From Octopus vulgaris (Eukaryota): a stretch of DNA of 64,000 nt. Position 1 is the first letter of the stretch; each line of letters begins with the position of its first letter. Position numbers and translations under genes: made by a program. The notes under the pieces are model-generated. The model had not been told where the DNA came from. It was given only the letters and a program-made list of their open reading frames with translations, and did no database searches. Below are positions 41,001-54,200 of the stretch, piece by piece. The stretch spans positions 97,464,001 through 97,528,000 of the forward strand of contig OX597821.1 of NCBI GenBank assembly GCA_951406725.2, read 5' to 3'.

Positions 41001-43000
41001 CCAACAGTGGAGGGGACCTGTGGAAGAGGCAGACCCAGGAAGACCTGGGATTAGGTAGTAAAGCATGACCTTTGAATGTTGGGTCTCACAGAGGCAATGG
41101 CAAGTGACCAAGACCTTTGGAGATATGCTGTGCTTGAGAAGACCCGTTAAGCCAAGTGAGATCATAGGTGTGGGCAATGCCAGAGTCACATAATTGGCCC
41201 TTTTAAGAGTACCCTTCAATCGTCGGGCAATATACTGTGATTGAGAAGACCTGTTGAGTCAAGCAAAATCAATGTCATGGCTAATGCCAGTGCTGCTTGA
41301 CTGGCCCCCGTGCTGGCGACGCATAAAAAGGACCCACTACACTCTCGGAGTGGTTGGCGTTAGGAAGGGCATCCAGTTGTAGAAACTCTGCCAGATCAGG
41401 ATTGAAGCCTGGTGCAGCCATCTGGTTTTCCAGTCCTCAGTCAAATCACCCAACCCACGCTAGCATGGAAAGCGGACATTAAACGATGATGATGATATAT
41501 ATATAAATATATATATATATATTGACAGACTCTCTCATCAAAAATGACATGTGAGTTTCAGCTTTTGCCGAACTACCTGCACAAATGATTTTGTTTATAG
41601 TGATCAAATGTACGTGCTGTACATTAGCTCACTCCCTCAATCAAATTGATGTTACCTGAACAGGTGTACAGTGTACCATGTGTCAGGTGTTGAAGTGATT
41701 GCAGAGCAACATGGTATGAAGTGTTTCACTCAAGAACACAACACACCACCTGGTCTAGGAATGACGATTGTGAGTGCAACACCCTAAACATTAGGCCATG
41801 CATCCTCATACACACACACACACACACGTGTATGTATACTCTCTTTTTCTCTCTTTTACTTGTTTCAGTCATTTGACTGCCGCCATGCTGGAGCACCACC
41901 TTTAGTCGAGCAAATCGACCCCGGGACTTATTCTTTGTAAGCCCAGTACTTATTCTATCGGTCTCTTTTGCCGAACCGCTAAGTGACGGGGACGTAAACA
42001 CACCAGCATCGGTTGTCAAGCAACTGAACCCGGAACCATGTGGTTGGTTAGCAAGCTACTTACCACACAGCCACTCCTGTATGTATATTTTTACACACAC
42101 ACACAGACAAACGAAAAAATGAAAAAGGAAACTGAAATGGCACACGGATATGATAAATGGAAAGGAACAAATAAACCTGGCAATCCTTTCCTCAGCAATG
42201 GAGATGAGAATCAGCATCATTGCTGCATGTTGAAAGTTCAAAGACTTTCAATTCCAAGGCTGATGTGAAAATTTCCATGTCTATGTACCTTTTCCATTAA
42301 TTGCTTCCATGCTTCAGTTTGATTTTCATTACCATATTCATAGCGCTCACAGCCATCTAACATCAGCACCCATACTGTAAATCCTCGAGTATAATCCACA
42401 TTTTTTTCCCAAAATTTAAAGGTCAAAATCCCCAGTGCGTACTATATACAAGGTTAAAAATGAAAAATATTTTCTAAGCAATGTCCGAGTCTCTATTTGT
42501 TGTCCGGCAATGTTTATTCAGACGCAGTTTGTGATGTCAGGTGTGAAAATACCTTAAGCTAAGCCTGAAAGCAATGAAGTCATAAAAGAATCATCCATAA
42601 CTTGCAGTAAGCAACATCTATTAAACATTATTACTGTTATTTCTTTATTTTCTGCAAACAAAATGCACAAAAATGCTACACGTTTGCATTATGTCATATA
42701 TACAATAATAATAAAGGACGTTATATAGAGATCCTTGACTCAAGTTAGAGAAGAGGGTGTGTATTATACACAAGGTTTAGGTTTTTCAGAGTTACAGCCC
42801 CCTAAAAATCCCCTGCGTATTATACTCAAGAGTGGACTATACTCAAGTATTTATGGTGGTAAGTAGCTTGCTTACCAACCACATGGTTCCGGGTTCAGTC
42901 CCACTGCGTGGCACCTTGGGCAAGTGTCTTCTACTATAACCTCGGGCCGACCAAAGCCTTGTGAGTGGATTTGGTAGACGGAAACTGAAAGAAGCCCGTC

Positions 43001-43066
<66 letters not shown>

Positions 43067-46000
43067 TTGTGTGTCTGTGTTTGTCTCCCCAACATCGCTT
43101 GACAACCGATGCTGATGTGTTTACGTCTCCGTAACTTAGCGGTTCAGCAAAAGAGACTGAAAAAATAAGTACTAGGCTTACAAAGAATAAGACCTGGGGT
43201 CGATTTGCTCGACTAAAGGCGGTGCTCCTGCATGGCCACAGTCAAATGACTGAAACCAGTAAAAGAGTAAAGAGTAATATATGTGTATATATGTACGTGT
43301 GTGTGTGTTAAATGATAAGAATAACAAATATATACTCTGTAAAAGTTTAGAGTAACCTATCAGATTTTATTATAACTGAACATAACAAACAAAATTTGTA
43401 GCTTATTCCTTATCAGTCAATGACCAAAAGCTCATTACTACTTCACACCTTTAACATTGATATTGTTCACTATTGGTGGCACCAGTGGTGAAAAGTCACT
43501 GGGAATAGCTAACTAATGTACAGGACAATGGCAAAAATAAACACGACAAAATAAAATATACATATGCAACAAAAAAAGCCGTGCGACCACAAGACAGAAT
43601 GACATGGGATAATGCAAAGGGAAATGTCCTATAGTACTACAGACAAAAGAAGGGCAGAGAGAAAGTCAGAATGATCTATACACTACAATACTATGTTGTA
43701 TAACACATTGCCATATTATATAATTCATTACCATGCTGTATACCACAGTCCTCTGAACATCAATGAAGAAATCATGTTCTTTCATATTTGTTGCAGAGCT
43801 GAAACTCTGGCTGCAGAAATAAGAGATTTACAAGGAGAACTTGGAGATTACAACACCGTGAGTTCATTCACTTTTGATATAAGGATATAAAGATAAAAAA
43901 AAAAAAAGTACAAAAACCTAAATATCGGGCATGGATACAAACAATATAGTAAGCAAACTCATAAACACACACACACACACACAAAATGCACATACGAAAC
44001 CCAGACACACATACACACATGTATGCACACACATACACACACAGATAATGATACAAATGTATGCACAGATAAGGATACACATCAGAAAACTGGAATGGAC
44101 TAAACAGAACAAGAGGGGACATGTGGGGTGGGGAGTCACAGAAGAAATCACAGGATGTTAATCGTCTGGAAGCTGTTCAGCAACGTGCAACCAAGAGAAT
44201 ACCCTCCATCAGGCATTTGCCATATTCTGAACGCCTTACTTCCCTGGGCATGGACACATTGAAACGCCGACGTCTGGCAGACACCCATAAAATTATTAAC
44301 CATCTTACAAACAATAACTCTGAGCACCTTTTTTCCGTCAAACACCCGTGGACATGTTTACAAAGTCAGAAAACAGCACAGCTCCCATGACTTCAGGAAA
44401 CATTTTTTCACGCTGAGAGTTGCTGAAGCATGGAACAAACTGCCGGCATCAGTTGTTAGTTGTCGGACTATGATTTCACTTGGCTTGATGGCTCTTCTCA
44501 AGCACAGCATATTGCCCAATGCTCGAAGAGTGCTTTTTACATGCTGTGCATTAAAAAAATATTTGTTAAATGATTTTACATAATTTTATGTTATAATCAC
44601 TGAAATACTTGTAAAATGCTATAAGTAAATTATTCCATACTTCATTCTCTGTGTGTGTGCACATGCCCATGTGTGTGTACACCCTTGCCTTGATATTGCA
44701 TGATGGGTGCTAACAAGCACCACAATCATACAAGCAATGTTGTTCATTTCCAATCTTCCACGAAAATATGTCTGGCTTATAAGGAAATATTACCTTGTTT
44801 GGAAACAGCTGAGGGTTGGCATCAGGAAGGGCATCCAGCCAATGAAAATCTACCTCAACAAATTCCATCTAATCTATGCAAGCACAGAAAAGGGAATGTA
44901 AATGATGATGACGATGATGATGATGTATCATACATTATACTATATTTCACTGTAATCTTCCTTTGTAAATATTCTTTTTTTCTAGTTGGTTGACAAACTA
45001 ACAACAGATGAAGACATACAAGATGTGAATTATGATTATAATGATGTAAGTTGTATTTTATTGTTAAACAAATTCAGATTTAATTTCTTTTATTCATGCG
45101 CTCTCTCTCTCTCCCTTCTGCTTCTCTCTCTTTCTCCACATATATGTGTGTGTGTGTTTGTATGTATGTATGTATGTAATGTATGTAATGTATGTATGCA
45201 TGCATGTATGTATATATATATGTATGTATATATGTATGTATATATCTATGTATGTATGTATATATGTATGTTTGTAGATACATGGTCGGGTCGTCGGCGA
45301 CTAAACTGGCAACCCCACCAAGCTTGCTTGGTGAGGAGGGTGTTTATTGGACACCCTGCGGGATGAAAAACAAAACCCGTCAAAGGGCAGAGGAACTCTT
45401 GAGAGTCAATGGCCATCCAATAGATGTCTTAAGGCTGGATCATGCGCGGGGACATAGAAATAATCGGACTGAATACCCGATTGCGCAGTTAAACCATTGG
45501 GAGTGAAGGACTCCCAGCCTTTGTTAGGGCATCCTTCTAGGAGAAGGTAACTCAGGTAACTGGGATAACTCCGATATAAAACCTGCGACTCAGTGGTTAC
45601 CGATGATGTTGACTTGTTCTTCTTTTCGGACTATGGCTGCTGTTGCTTAGTGAGTGGGATTGATTCAGTGCACAGCCTTTCCCCACTTTAAAAAAATCTT
45701 CTTGCACAGGCATTGCACGATAACAACATTGATTAAGTTTCGTGCAATGGCCATACTCGATAACAAGGGGGCAGCCACCATGTAGATACATATATGTGTG
45801 TGTGTGTATGTATATATATATGTATGTACATATAGGTACGGGAGTGGCTGTGTGGTAAGAAGCTTGCTTCCCAGCCACATGGTTCCAAGTTCAGTCCCCC
45901 TGTATGGCACCTTGGGCAAGTGTCTTCTATTATAGCCTCAGACTGACCAAAACTTTATGAGTGGATTTGGTAAGCGGAAACTGAAAGAAGCTTGTATATA

Positions 46001-48174
46001 TATATACACACACACCACGCATACACACACACATATTTATATATATATATGAGGTATGCTATGAGAATTTATGGAAAGGTATCCCATAGAACTCAACAAA
46101 TATATATCCCTGTATATATTTACGTGTGTATATGTATATTTTATATATCAACCCCAAATATGTTTGTTTGCCTCACTATCTCTGTATGTATAATCGCGGT
46201 GATGTATCTTGGATGCTCCTTATGTCTTTTCTCCAACTACTACAAACAGTCCCCAACAACCCATAAAAAACCCATAAAACTACACCCACCTAGTTATACC
46301 CTTGGCTCCTTCACCCTTCATCTGTATTGCCTCAGAGCCGTAATCCCAAAGTAAATATTTTGCTAAGAGAAAAAAAAAGGCTCTTTCCTAGTACTCCCTC
46401 TATGGCTCTACTTCCTTCAATGCCATCAGCTTTTTGAAGTTCAAATCAAACATTTGTCTAAAAGAGCTCCCTAGCGTTGGAGGTAGTAATGAGGATGATG
46501 ATGATGATGACAATGGTGATGGTGGTGGTTTGGAGGGTCGTTGACACTGCCCTTTCTCCCTGAACTGAATGTAAAAAAGAAACAAATTAAATAAAAAAAA
46601 AGCAAAAGCTCACTATCGCCACTGCCACTGCAATCACCATCATCACCACTGCCATCAAAACCACCATCACCTCTACCATTGCCTCCCACAACATCATGAA
46701 CACCACTATCACCACCACCACCACTATAACAACCACCACTGCTACCAGCCATTCTACAATTTAGTGGTATGTTATCATTTCAGCTGAGAGTACAAAATGA
46801 AAAAGAAGTCAAAGATATTGAACGTCTGTTTGAAGCCACAAAAGAGTAAGTGAAATATTACATATTAATTACTCTCTTTTACTCTTTTACTTGTTTCAGT
46901 CATTTGACTGCGGCCATGCTGGAGCACCACCTTTAGTCGAGCAACTCGACCCTGGGACTTATTCTTTGTAAGCCCAGTACTTACTCTATCGGTCTCTTCT
47001 GCTGAACCGCTAAGTGACGGGGACATAAACACACCAGCATCGGTTGTCAAGCAATGCTAGGGGGATAAACACAAACACACACACATACACATATATATAT
47101 ATATACATATATACGACGGGCTTCTTTCAGTTTCCGTCTACCAAATCCACTCACAAGGCTTTGGTCGGCCCGAGGCTATAGCAGAAGACACTTGCCCAAG
47201 GTGCCACGCAGTGGGTCTGAACCCAGAACCATGTGGTTGGTAAACAAGCTACTTACCACACAGCCACTCCTGCGCCTGTAATAGTAATTACATATTTAGT
47301 AATTAATTGTAATTACATATTTAGGACACAATTTTGATACTACCTCCTTGCCATCCACTCCATACCTTTCAATGATAAGATAAGTACCAGTCAAGCACTG
47401 GGGCCAATATAATTGACTGCATTTCCCAACTTCTAACATTGTTTCTCCTCCTCCTCACATCTTGGGCTTTCATCAGCTCATATGTAAAAAAATCAAACTA
47501 TATATATCACTAACCCTATACAAATATACAGTCTGTAAAGACTTAACTGAATTCTCATTTCTTTGTTTTTTTATGTAGGAAAGAAAAGCAAATTTCTAAA
47601 CTTGAGAAGGAACTTTCTGATGAAAAAGAACTTGCAGAGAGTTTGATTAATGATATGGTAAGAATCGACTTTTAGTTCTTCTTGGTATTTCACTTCAGAA
47701 GAACTCCTCTTTTACTTTTTTACTTGTTTCAGTCATTTTACTGCGGCCATGCTGGAGCACCGCCTTTAGTCAAGCGAATCGACCCCAGGACTTATTCTTT
47801 GTAAGCCTAGTACCTATTTCTTTATTACCCACAAGGGGATAAACACAGAGGGGACAAACAAGGACAGACATAGGTATTAAGTCGATTACATTGATCCCAG
47901 TGTGAAACTGGTACTTAATTTATCGACCTCGAAAGGATGAAAGGCAAAGTCAACCCCGGCGGATTTCGAACTCAGAACGTAACGGCAATACCGCTAAACA
48001 TTTCACCTGGATGCTAATGTTTCTGCCAGCTCACCGCTTACTTTGTAAGCCTAGTATCTATTCTATCGGACTCTTTTGCCAAACCGCTAAGTTACGGGGA
48101 CGTGAACACACCAGCATCAGTTGTCAAGAGATGTTGGTGGGGGACAAACACAGACATACAAACACACACACATA

Positions 48175-48216
<42 letters not shown>

Positions 48217-51200
48217 CGACGGACTTCTTTCAGTTTCCATCTACCAAATCCACTCAAAAGGCTTTGGTTGGCCCAAGGCTATAGTAGAAGACACTTACCT
48301 AAGGTGCCACGCAGTGGGACTGAACCCGGAACTATGTGGTTGGCAAGCAAGCTACTTACCACACAGCCACTCCTGCGCCACAAGACAAACCATCAGAGAC
48401 AAACTCCTAAGACAAACCATCAGGGAAGATATCTACATTCTAACTTAAATTAGTTGCTAAACATAGATTCTTAAGTGTTCCTAGGTAAACACCCTGCCAT
48501 ATCACTAACATAGATTCCTATGTTCAGGATCTTCCTGAACAAACTCCTTACCAAGTTGAAGAAAGGGATCAGAGAAACTGAGTCGTGAAAGAGCTTCTAT
48601 GTAGTAATGCGACCAACTCAAAGCAACATCGAAATTTTCTTCAGTTACAGTAGTATTGTTGTTATTCAATTCTAAATCAACTCAGATTGAGCAGGTCAAG
48701 GATCAAATGTATCCCAGCCGTGAGCATCCTATCTTACTGATAAATAATTTATTCCGGTATTAATGACTTGGAGGGATATGGCATTTCGTTATGCAACCAT
48801 AATATACTGCAAAGTATATTGATGATTTAATAAGTCAATACCGTGTTCTGTGTTAGCAGTGCTCTTAAATCATGCTGTTAAGGTCATCTCTACAAATTGT
48901 CCATAGAAATTTGTGTGGTACTAAGATTGGAGGTGGTGTCTCAGATATGAAATGTAACAAAATCAGAGTTAGTACCTATTTCTTTACTACCCACAAGGGG
49001 CCAAACACAGAGAGGACAAACACACTGATTAAGTCGATTATATCGACCCCAGTGCGTAACTGGTACTTATTTAATCGACCCCCGAAAGGATGAAAGGCAA
49101 AGTCATTCCGCCGAGGTTGACTTTGCCTTTCATCCTTTCGGGGTCGATTAAATAAGTACCAGTTACGCACTGGGGTTGATATAATCGACTTAATCAGTGT
49201 GTCTGTCCTTGTTTGTCCTCTCTGTGTTTGGCCCCTTGTGGGTAGTAAAGAAATAGGTACTAACTCTGATTTTGTTACAATGTTTCATATCTGAGACACC
49301 AACTCCAATCTGGCATCTCGGATACAAAACATTTTAACAAAATCAGTGCTGACTATAATTTCTATGGAAAATATGTAGAGATGACCCTAATATGCAATTT
49401 ATCCAAGATCTGTTTACTTAATGTGACCCCACCTCTTTTAAGATAGTAGAATGTGATTTAGGTGAGATTTGCTCTATCAGATAGATTACTTCTTCAGTGG
49501 TGTAAGAGCAAAATTGTCGTTGTTGTTTGATATTCCTTTTCAACCCGTCAGTATCAAATTTCAACTTGATTTCAACATGAGCAACTACCAGTGTATAGAC
49601 TATAACATATATTATGAACCATCATCACCTCCAAACTGCTCGCTTTCACTGGAACTATTACCGTACTGAATTATAGTGCCCAAGCTGGTTTGAATTTTAT
49701 GATTCCAGAGATGTCAATGCTGCATTTCAGAACATCCTCAGTTCAATCTGGGCTGCACCTGAAATATTAGTACCACACAAGTGCTTAAAAATCCCAAAGT
49801 GCAATTTGGGAGACTGCAGTAGTCCAGCTTGTCAGGAAAGAACGTCATGATGCTAAACAGGAATATAGACTAAATAGAACAGAGGAGAATAGAAAAAGGT
49901 GCAACAGATAATTCAACTATCTCAAGCAAGTGACAAAAAAGGCAGTTCTTGAATTCGAACAATGTATAGCAACCAGCCCTGACAGCAAAGTGTTCTGGGA
50001 GTATGTATATTCAAAGCAGAGACTTCACTCTCCACTTGGCCCTCTTTGCAATCCCCACACAAGTTGCATTTATAATGATCCTAAAGAATGTACAGAGCTT
50101 ATTGCTGAATGTTATGCTGGCATTTTTACCTTTGAAAATCCAAATGTACCATCTTCACCACTTCTGATATCAAATTCTATAACATCTGTGGAATTTACAC
50201 CTGCAACGATGCAATCCCATCTCAAGAATAAGCACAACTACGCTTCTCCTAATCTTGATGGTGTTACTTATCTGCTTCTCAAATGTGGTGGGTTCTTTCT
50301 TTTGCACCAGCTTTCATTCTTCTTCCAATTCTGCCTTAATAACTTGCATTACTCCAGGACAGGGGAAAATTGCCAGCATCGTTCCCCTGTTCAAAAAATG
50401 CTACTCACATATCACCTGTCAATTACTGTCCGGTCAGTCTCACTAGCTACATCACCACATTGATGGAGTCCCGTGTTAGAGAAGCACTCTGGAACTTCTG
50501 GAGCTCTCACAACCCTATTCAACCCTCACAATTTGGCTTTATCCCTAACTCCAGCTGCTGTAACCAACTCACTAAGTTTCTTAAGGACATCACCTGAATC
50601 ACTGGTGGAAGCTCCTGGCTGGATATTACCTATCTTGACTTTGCTGAAGCCTTCAATTCTGTGCCTTGCAATCAACTCAGGGCAAAACTCTCTGCAATGG
50701 GTGTGGAAGATGGTCTCTACAACTGGTTGAAGTCCTTTATTTTCAGTTGTAAAGAGGTAATCACCATTCTAGGACATCATTCTTCAAACTGTGAGATGAT
50801 ATCTAGTATACCACAGGATCTATTCTTGGACCCCTGTTGTTTGTTGCATATATTGATGAAATAGATGCCAACTGAAAGTGTGTTCCATCATCAACATCAT
50901 CGTTTAACATCTGTTCTCTATACTAGCATGGGTTGGACGGTTCGACCGGGAATCTGGGAAGCCAGAAGGCTGCACCAGGCTCCAGTCTTATCTGGCAGTG
51001 TTTCTACAGCTGGATGCCAGCCACTCCGTGAGTGTAGTGGGTGCTTTTTACGTGCCATTGGCACAGGTGCCAGGCGAGGCTGGCAACGGCCACGATTGGA
51101 TTGGTGCATTGTGTCCATTGACCTGGACGCAATGCAGCAATGGATTACCAACTGACAACTCAAGCTGGCTGTAGACAAGTGTGCTGCTATGCATTTTGAG

Positions 51201-54200
51201 AGGAAAAACCCAGCTTTTACATACTCCTTCAACAACAGCAATTTTAAGAAGCCTATTAGTGAACATGACTTGGGGATCCAACAGCAATCTGCATTGGACA
51301 AACCACATCTCTAAGATTGTCAAGAAGGCTGAGGGTGTCTTAGCATCACTTAGTTTAGATCTTTGTCAGCCACTCTCCAGCTATCTATTTAAAGCTGCAT
51401 ATGACTATGGTACATCCACACTTTGAGTTTGCATCATCAGTTTGGAACCCCTGTCTTGCTCAGCATATCAATCTCCTGGAAACTATTCAGAAACATGCAA
51501 CCAGACAAATACCCACAATCAAGCATCTATCATACTACCCTGAATGCCTTGCTTCCCTGAGCCTGGATGCATTAAAGTTCTGCCTGGCAACTGACTTGGT
51601 AGGCACCCACAAGATTATCCACTATCTTTCAAACAACAAACACAAAAACCCTTTTTTGAATGCCATATATCTAACACTTGTGGACTTGCTAACAAAATCA
51701 AAACACACAGCACCATTGAGTTTCAGTAACATTTTTTTCACACTCAAAATTGCTGAAACATGGAATGAACTACTCACCTCATTGTTAGCTGTCAGGATAC
51801 TACATCCCTTAAAAACTTCCATCCTTCCTTCACCGAAATTACACCCTTTTTTTCTTTCGAAGACTTAATCCCTTTTCCCTTCCTCTGCATATTCTATGTA
51901 CTGTTCATGCAGTTTTGGTCACTTTTTCTGATGAGTTGTGCACCTGAGTACTATACACTATAAGTTCATTATTATTATTATTATTATATATGATGTCTCA
52001 ACTCTACAGGAACCAGAATTAAAGAAGAAATATTCCAAAATGAAAGATATTAATGAGAACTTTGTTGAAGCTATGGAAAAAAACCAACAAGCCATTGATG
52101 AACTAAATTCAAAGGTCCAAATTTTACAGGAGGTTAGTCACAATCTTTATTTTTTCCTGTGTGTGCATGTTTATTTTTGGATTTAGAAGACAGATGGCTA
52201 TTATGGCTATGTGGGTTGAATACTGGAAGAAAAGCTTAGAGGTCAGTAGATAATATTGTGACTCTGACTATGCTATGTCTGTTGCTAAGACATTTAACTT
52301 TCAAATGGTCACATCTATTTATTTATGAATGTATAGTGCAATAAGAACAACTTAACACTGTAGGTAGTAGCAACAGCAATTATAAAATTGAAAGCATTGT
52401 GGTGAGAATAAAACTGTTAATTAAGTATGACATCATATTCAGGAACAAATTTCTCATTCGTTTGATTACTGCTACAATGACTGAAATTGAATACTGGCCT
52501 TCTGGATATTTATGATTGCAAGAGAAGCTAACTTAAATTTTTTTTGTGTGTGGTGGGGCAGGTTAAGTTTCTGTTTTCTTGATTATATTTATTGTTAATC
52601 ATTTACGTGATCTCCAAAATATCAATTATTTTTTTCTCAATTTTCCAATAGGATTTAATGAAGTCTCCAGCAAGACAAAAAGCTGGTATGTATTGGAATC
52701 TTCCTTTTGGTTAGATATAATCTTCAAGTTTCATGGTAGCAGTGGGTACTAAAGTGATTCACACTACATCCTCAGATCACATTGTACCTTCTTAATAAAG
52801 GATGCATTGGAAATTGTAGTATGCATACACATACACACATGCATGCACAAAACCAACAAATTTGATGGTAGGGGACAAATTTAATTAAAGGTGGCACGTT
52901 AAAAGCACCAACCGATCGTGGCCGATGCTAGACACCCCTGGCACCTGTGCAGGTGGCACGTAAAATGCACCCACTACACTCACGGAGTGGTTGGCGTTAT
53001 GAAAGGCATCCAGTTATAGAAACACTGCCAGATCAGACTGGAGCCTGGTGCAGCCCCTGGCTTTCCAGACCCCGGTTGAACCGTCCAACCCGTGCTAGCG
53101 CGGAAAACGGACATTAAACGATGATGATGATGAAAGAAATGAATTCCAGTTCTATTCAGGCCATATTTATATCAGCTGGATTGGAGTATTGCATTATTGT
53201 AAAAATAACACATGAACAAATTTAAGATTGCACAACCACTAGCATTTTTATAGAGACACTGTCACTATAAAGACTAACAGCCATCATGAAAGAGCTCCTT
53301 CTAACCTTGAAACATGGTCATACTTTGCCTGACATCACCCCAGTATTTCTAGACCACAGGGTATAATTACTGTTATTTTCATTATTGTTGTTTACTGAAG
53401 AAATTAAAGGCTAAGTTGACCTCTATATTTCAGTGCAATTGTACAAACGGAAAGATGAACTAGAGATGCAGAAAGAGAGTCTGACAGAGGAACTGAATTC
53501 TAAAGAGAGTCCCGAGGCAGAACGTAACCGGCTTCTGAAACAACTTAAGTCAGACAACCAAGAAATTGCCACTTTTGAACGCCAGTAAGTTTGGAATATC
53601 AACACTTAAGTACTTTGCAGGGTTTTAGTGAAATATATATATTCTACTATACCTTTCCTAGGACTGAACCCGGAACCATGTGGTTGCTAAACAAGCTACT
53701 TACCACACAGTCACTCCTGCGCCTATAAGCTCAAATTAATTTCTTTTAGGTTTAAAATATCTGAGTGCCAACTCATAGAGTGAAGAATATTTCTTCAGAC
53801 CATTTATGCATGCACTTTTATTTCCATTTACCTTATTAACCTGTGACTAAGACAACAACTCTGATGACTGTACACCAGTCAATCAATCCCAGAGATGTGT
53901 GAATCACCTTTACTCAGTTACCTCCCTTCACATGACAGCCTGACGAGGAACATACTGCTGCCTGCATCTTGTCAAACTGTGTTAGATATAGGAATGACTC
54001 AAGCTTAAAATGCAGCACGCATGTCAGAGAACTGAAAGTTGGGGTTAAGCTACAGTGACATGAGAATATTTTAAATTTGAATTTCCATGCAGGCCTTTTA
54101 TTTGTGTCTATGGAAACAAATATACACCAAAATATTTAATCTGCTTAAACTAACCAGAAAAAAAAATTCAGATTTCCTCTACTCAATTTACGTAATTTTT

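Noticed and set aside
51925-51960. CTGATGA as a possible hammerhead core (also 32712, 53861, 53940)
   Set aside because: No paired stem II followed by GAAA and no stem I; the 51928 hit is part of the CR1 3' UTR.
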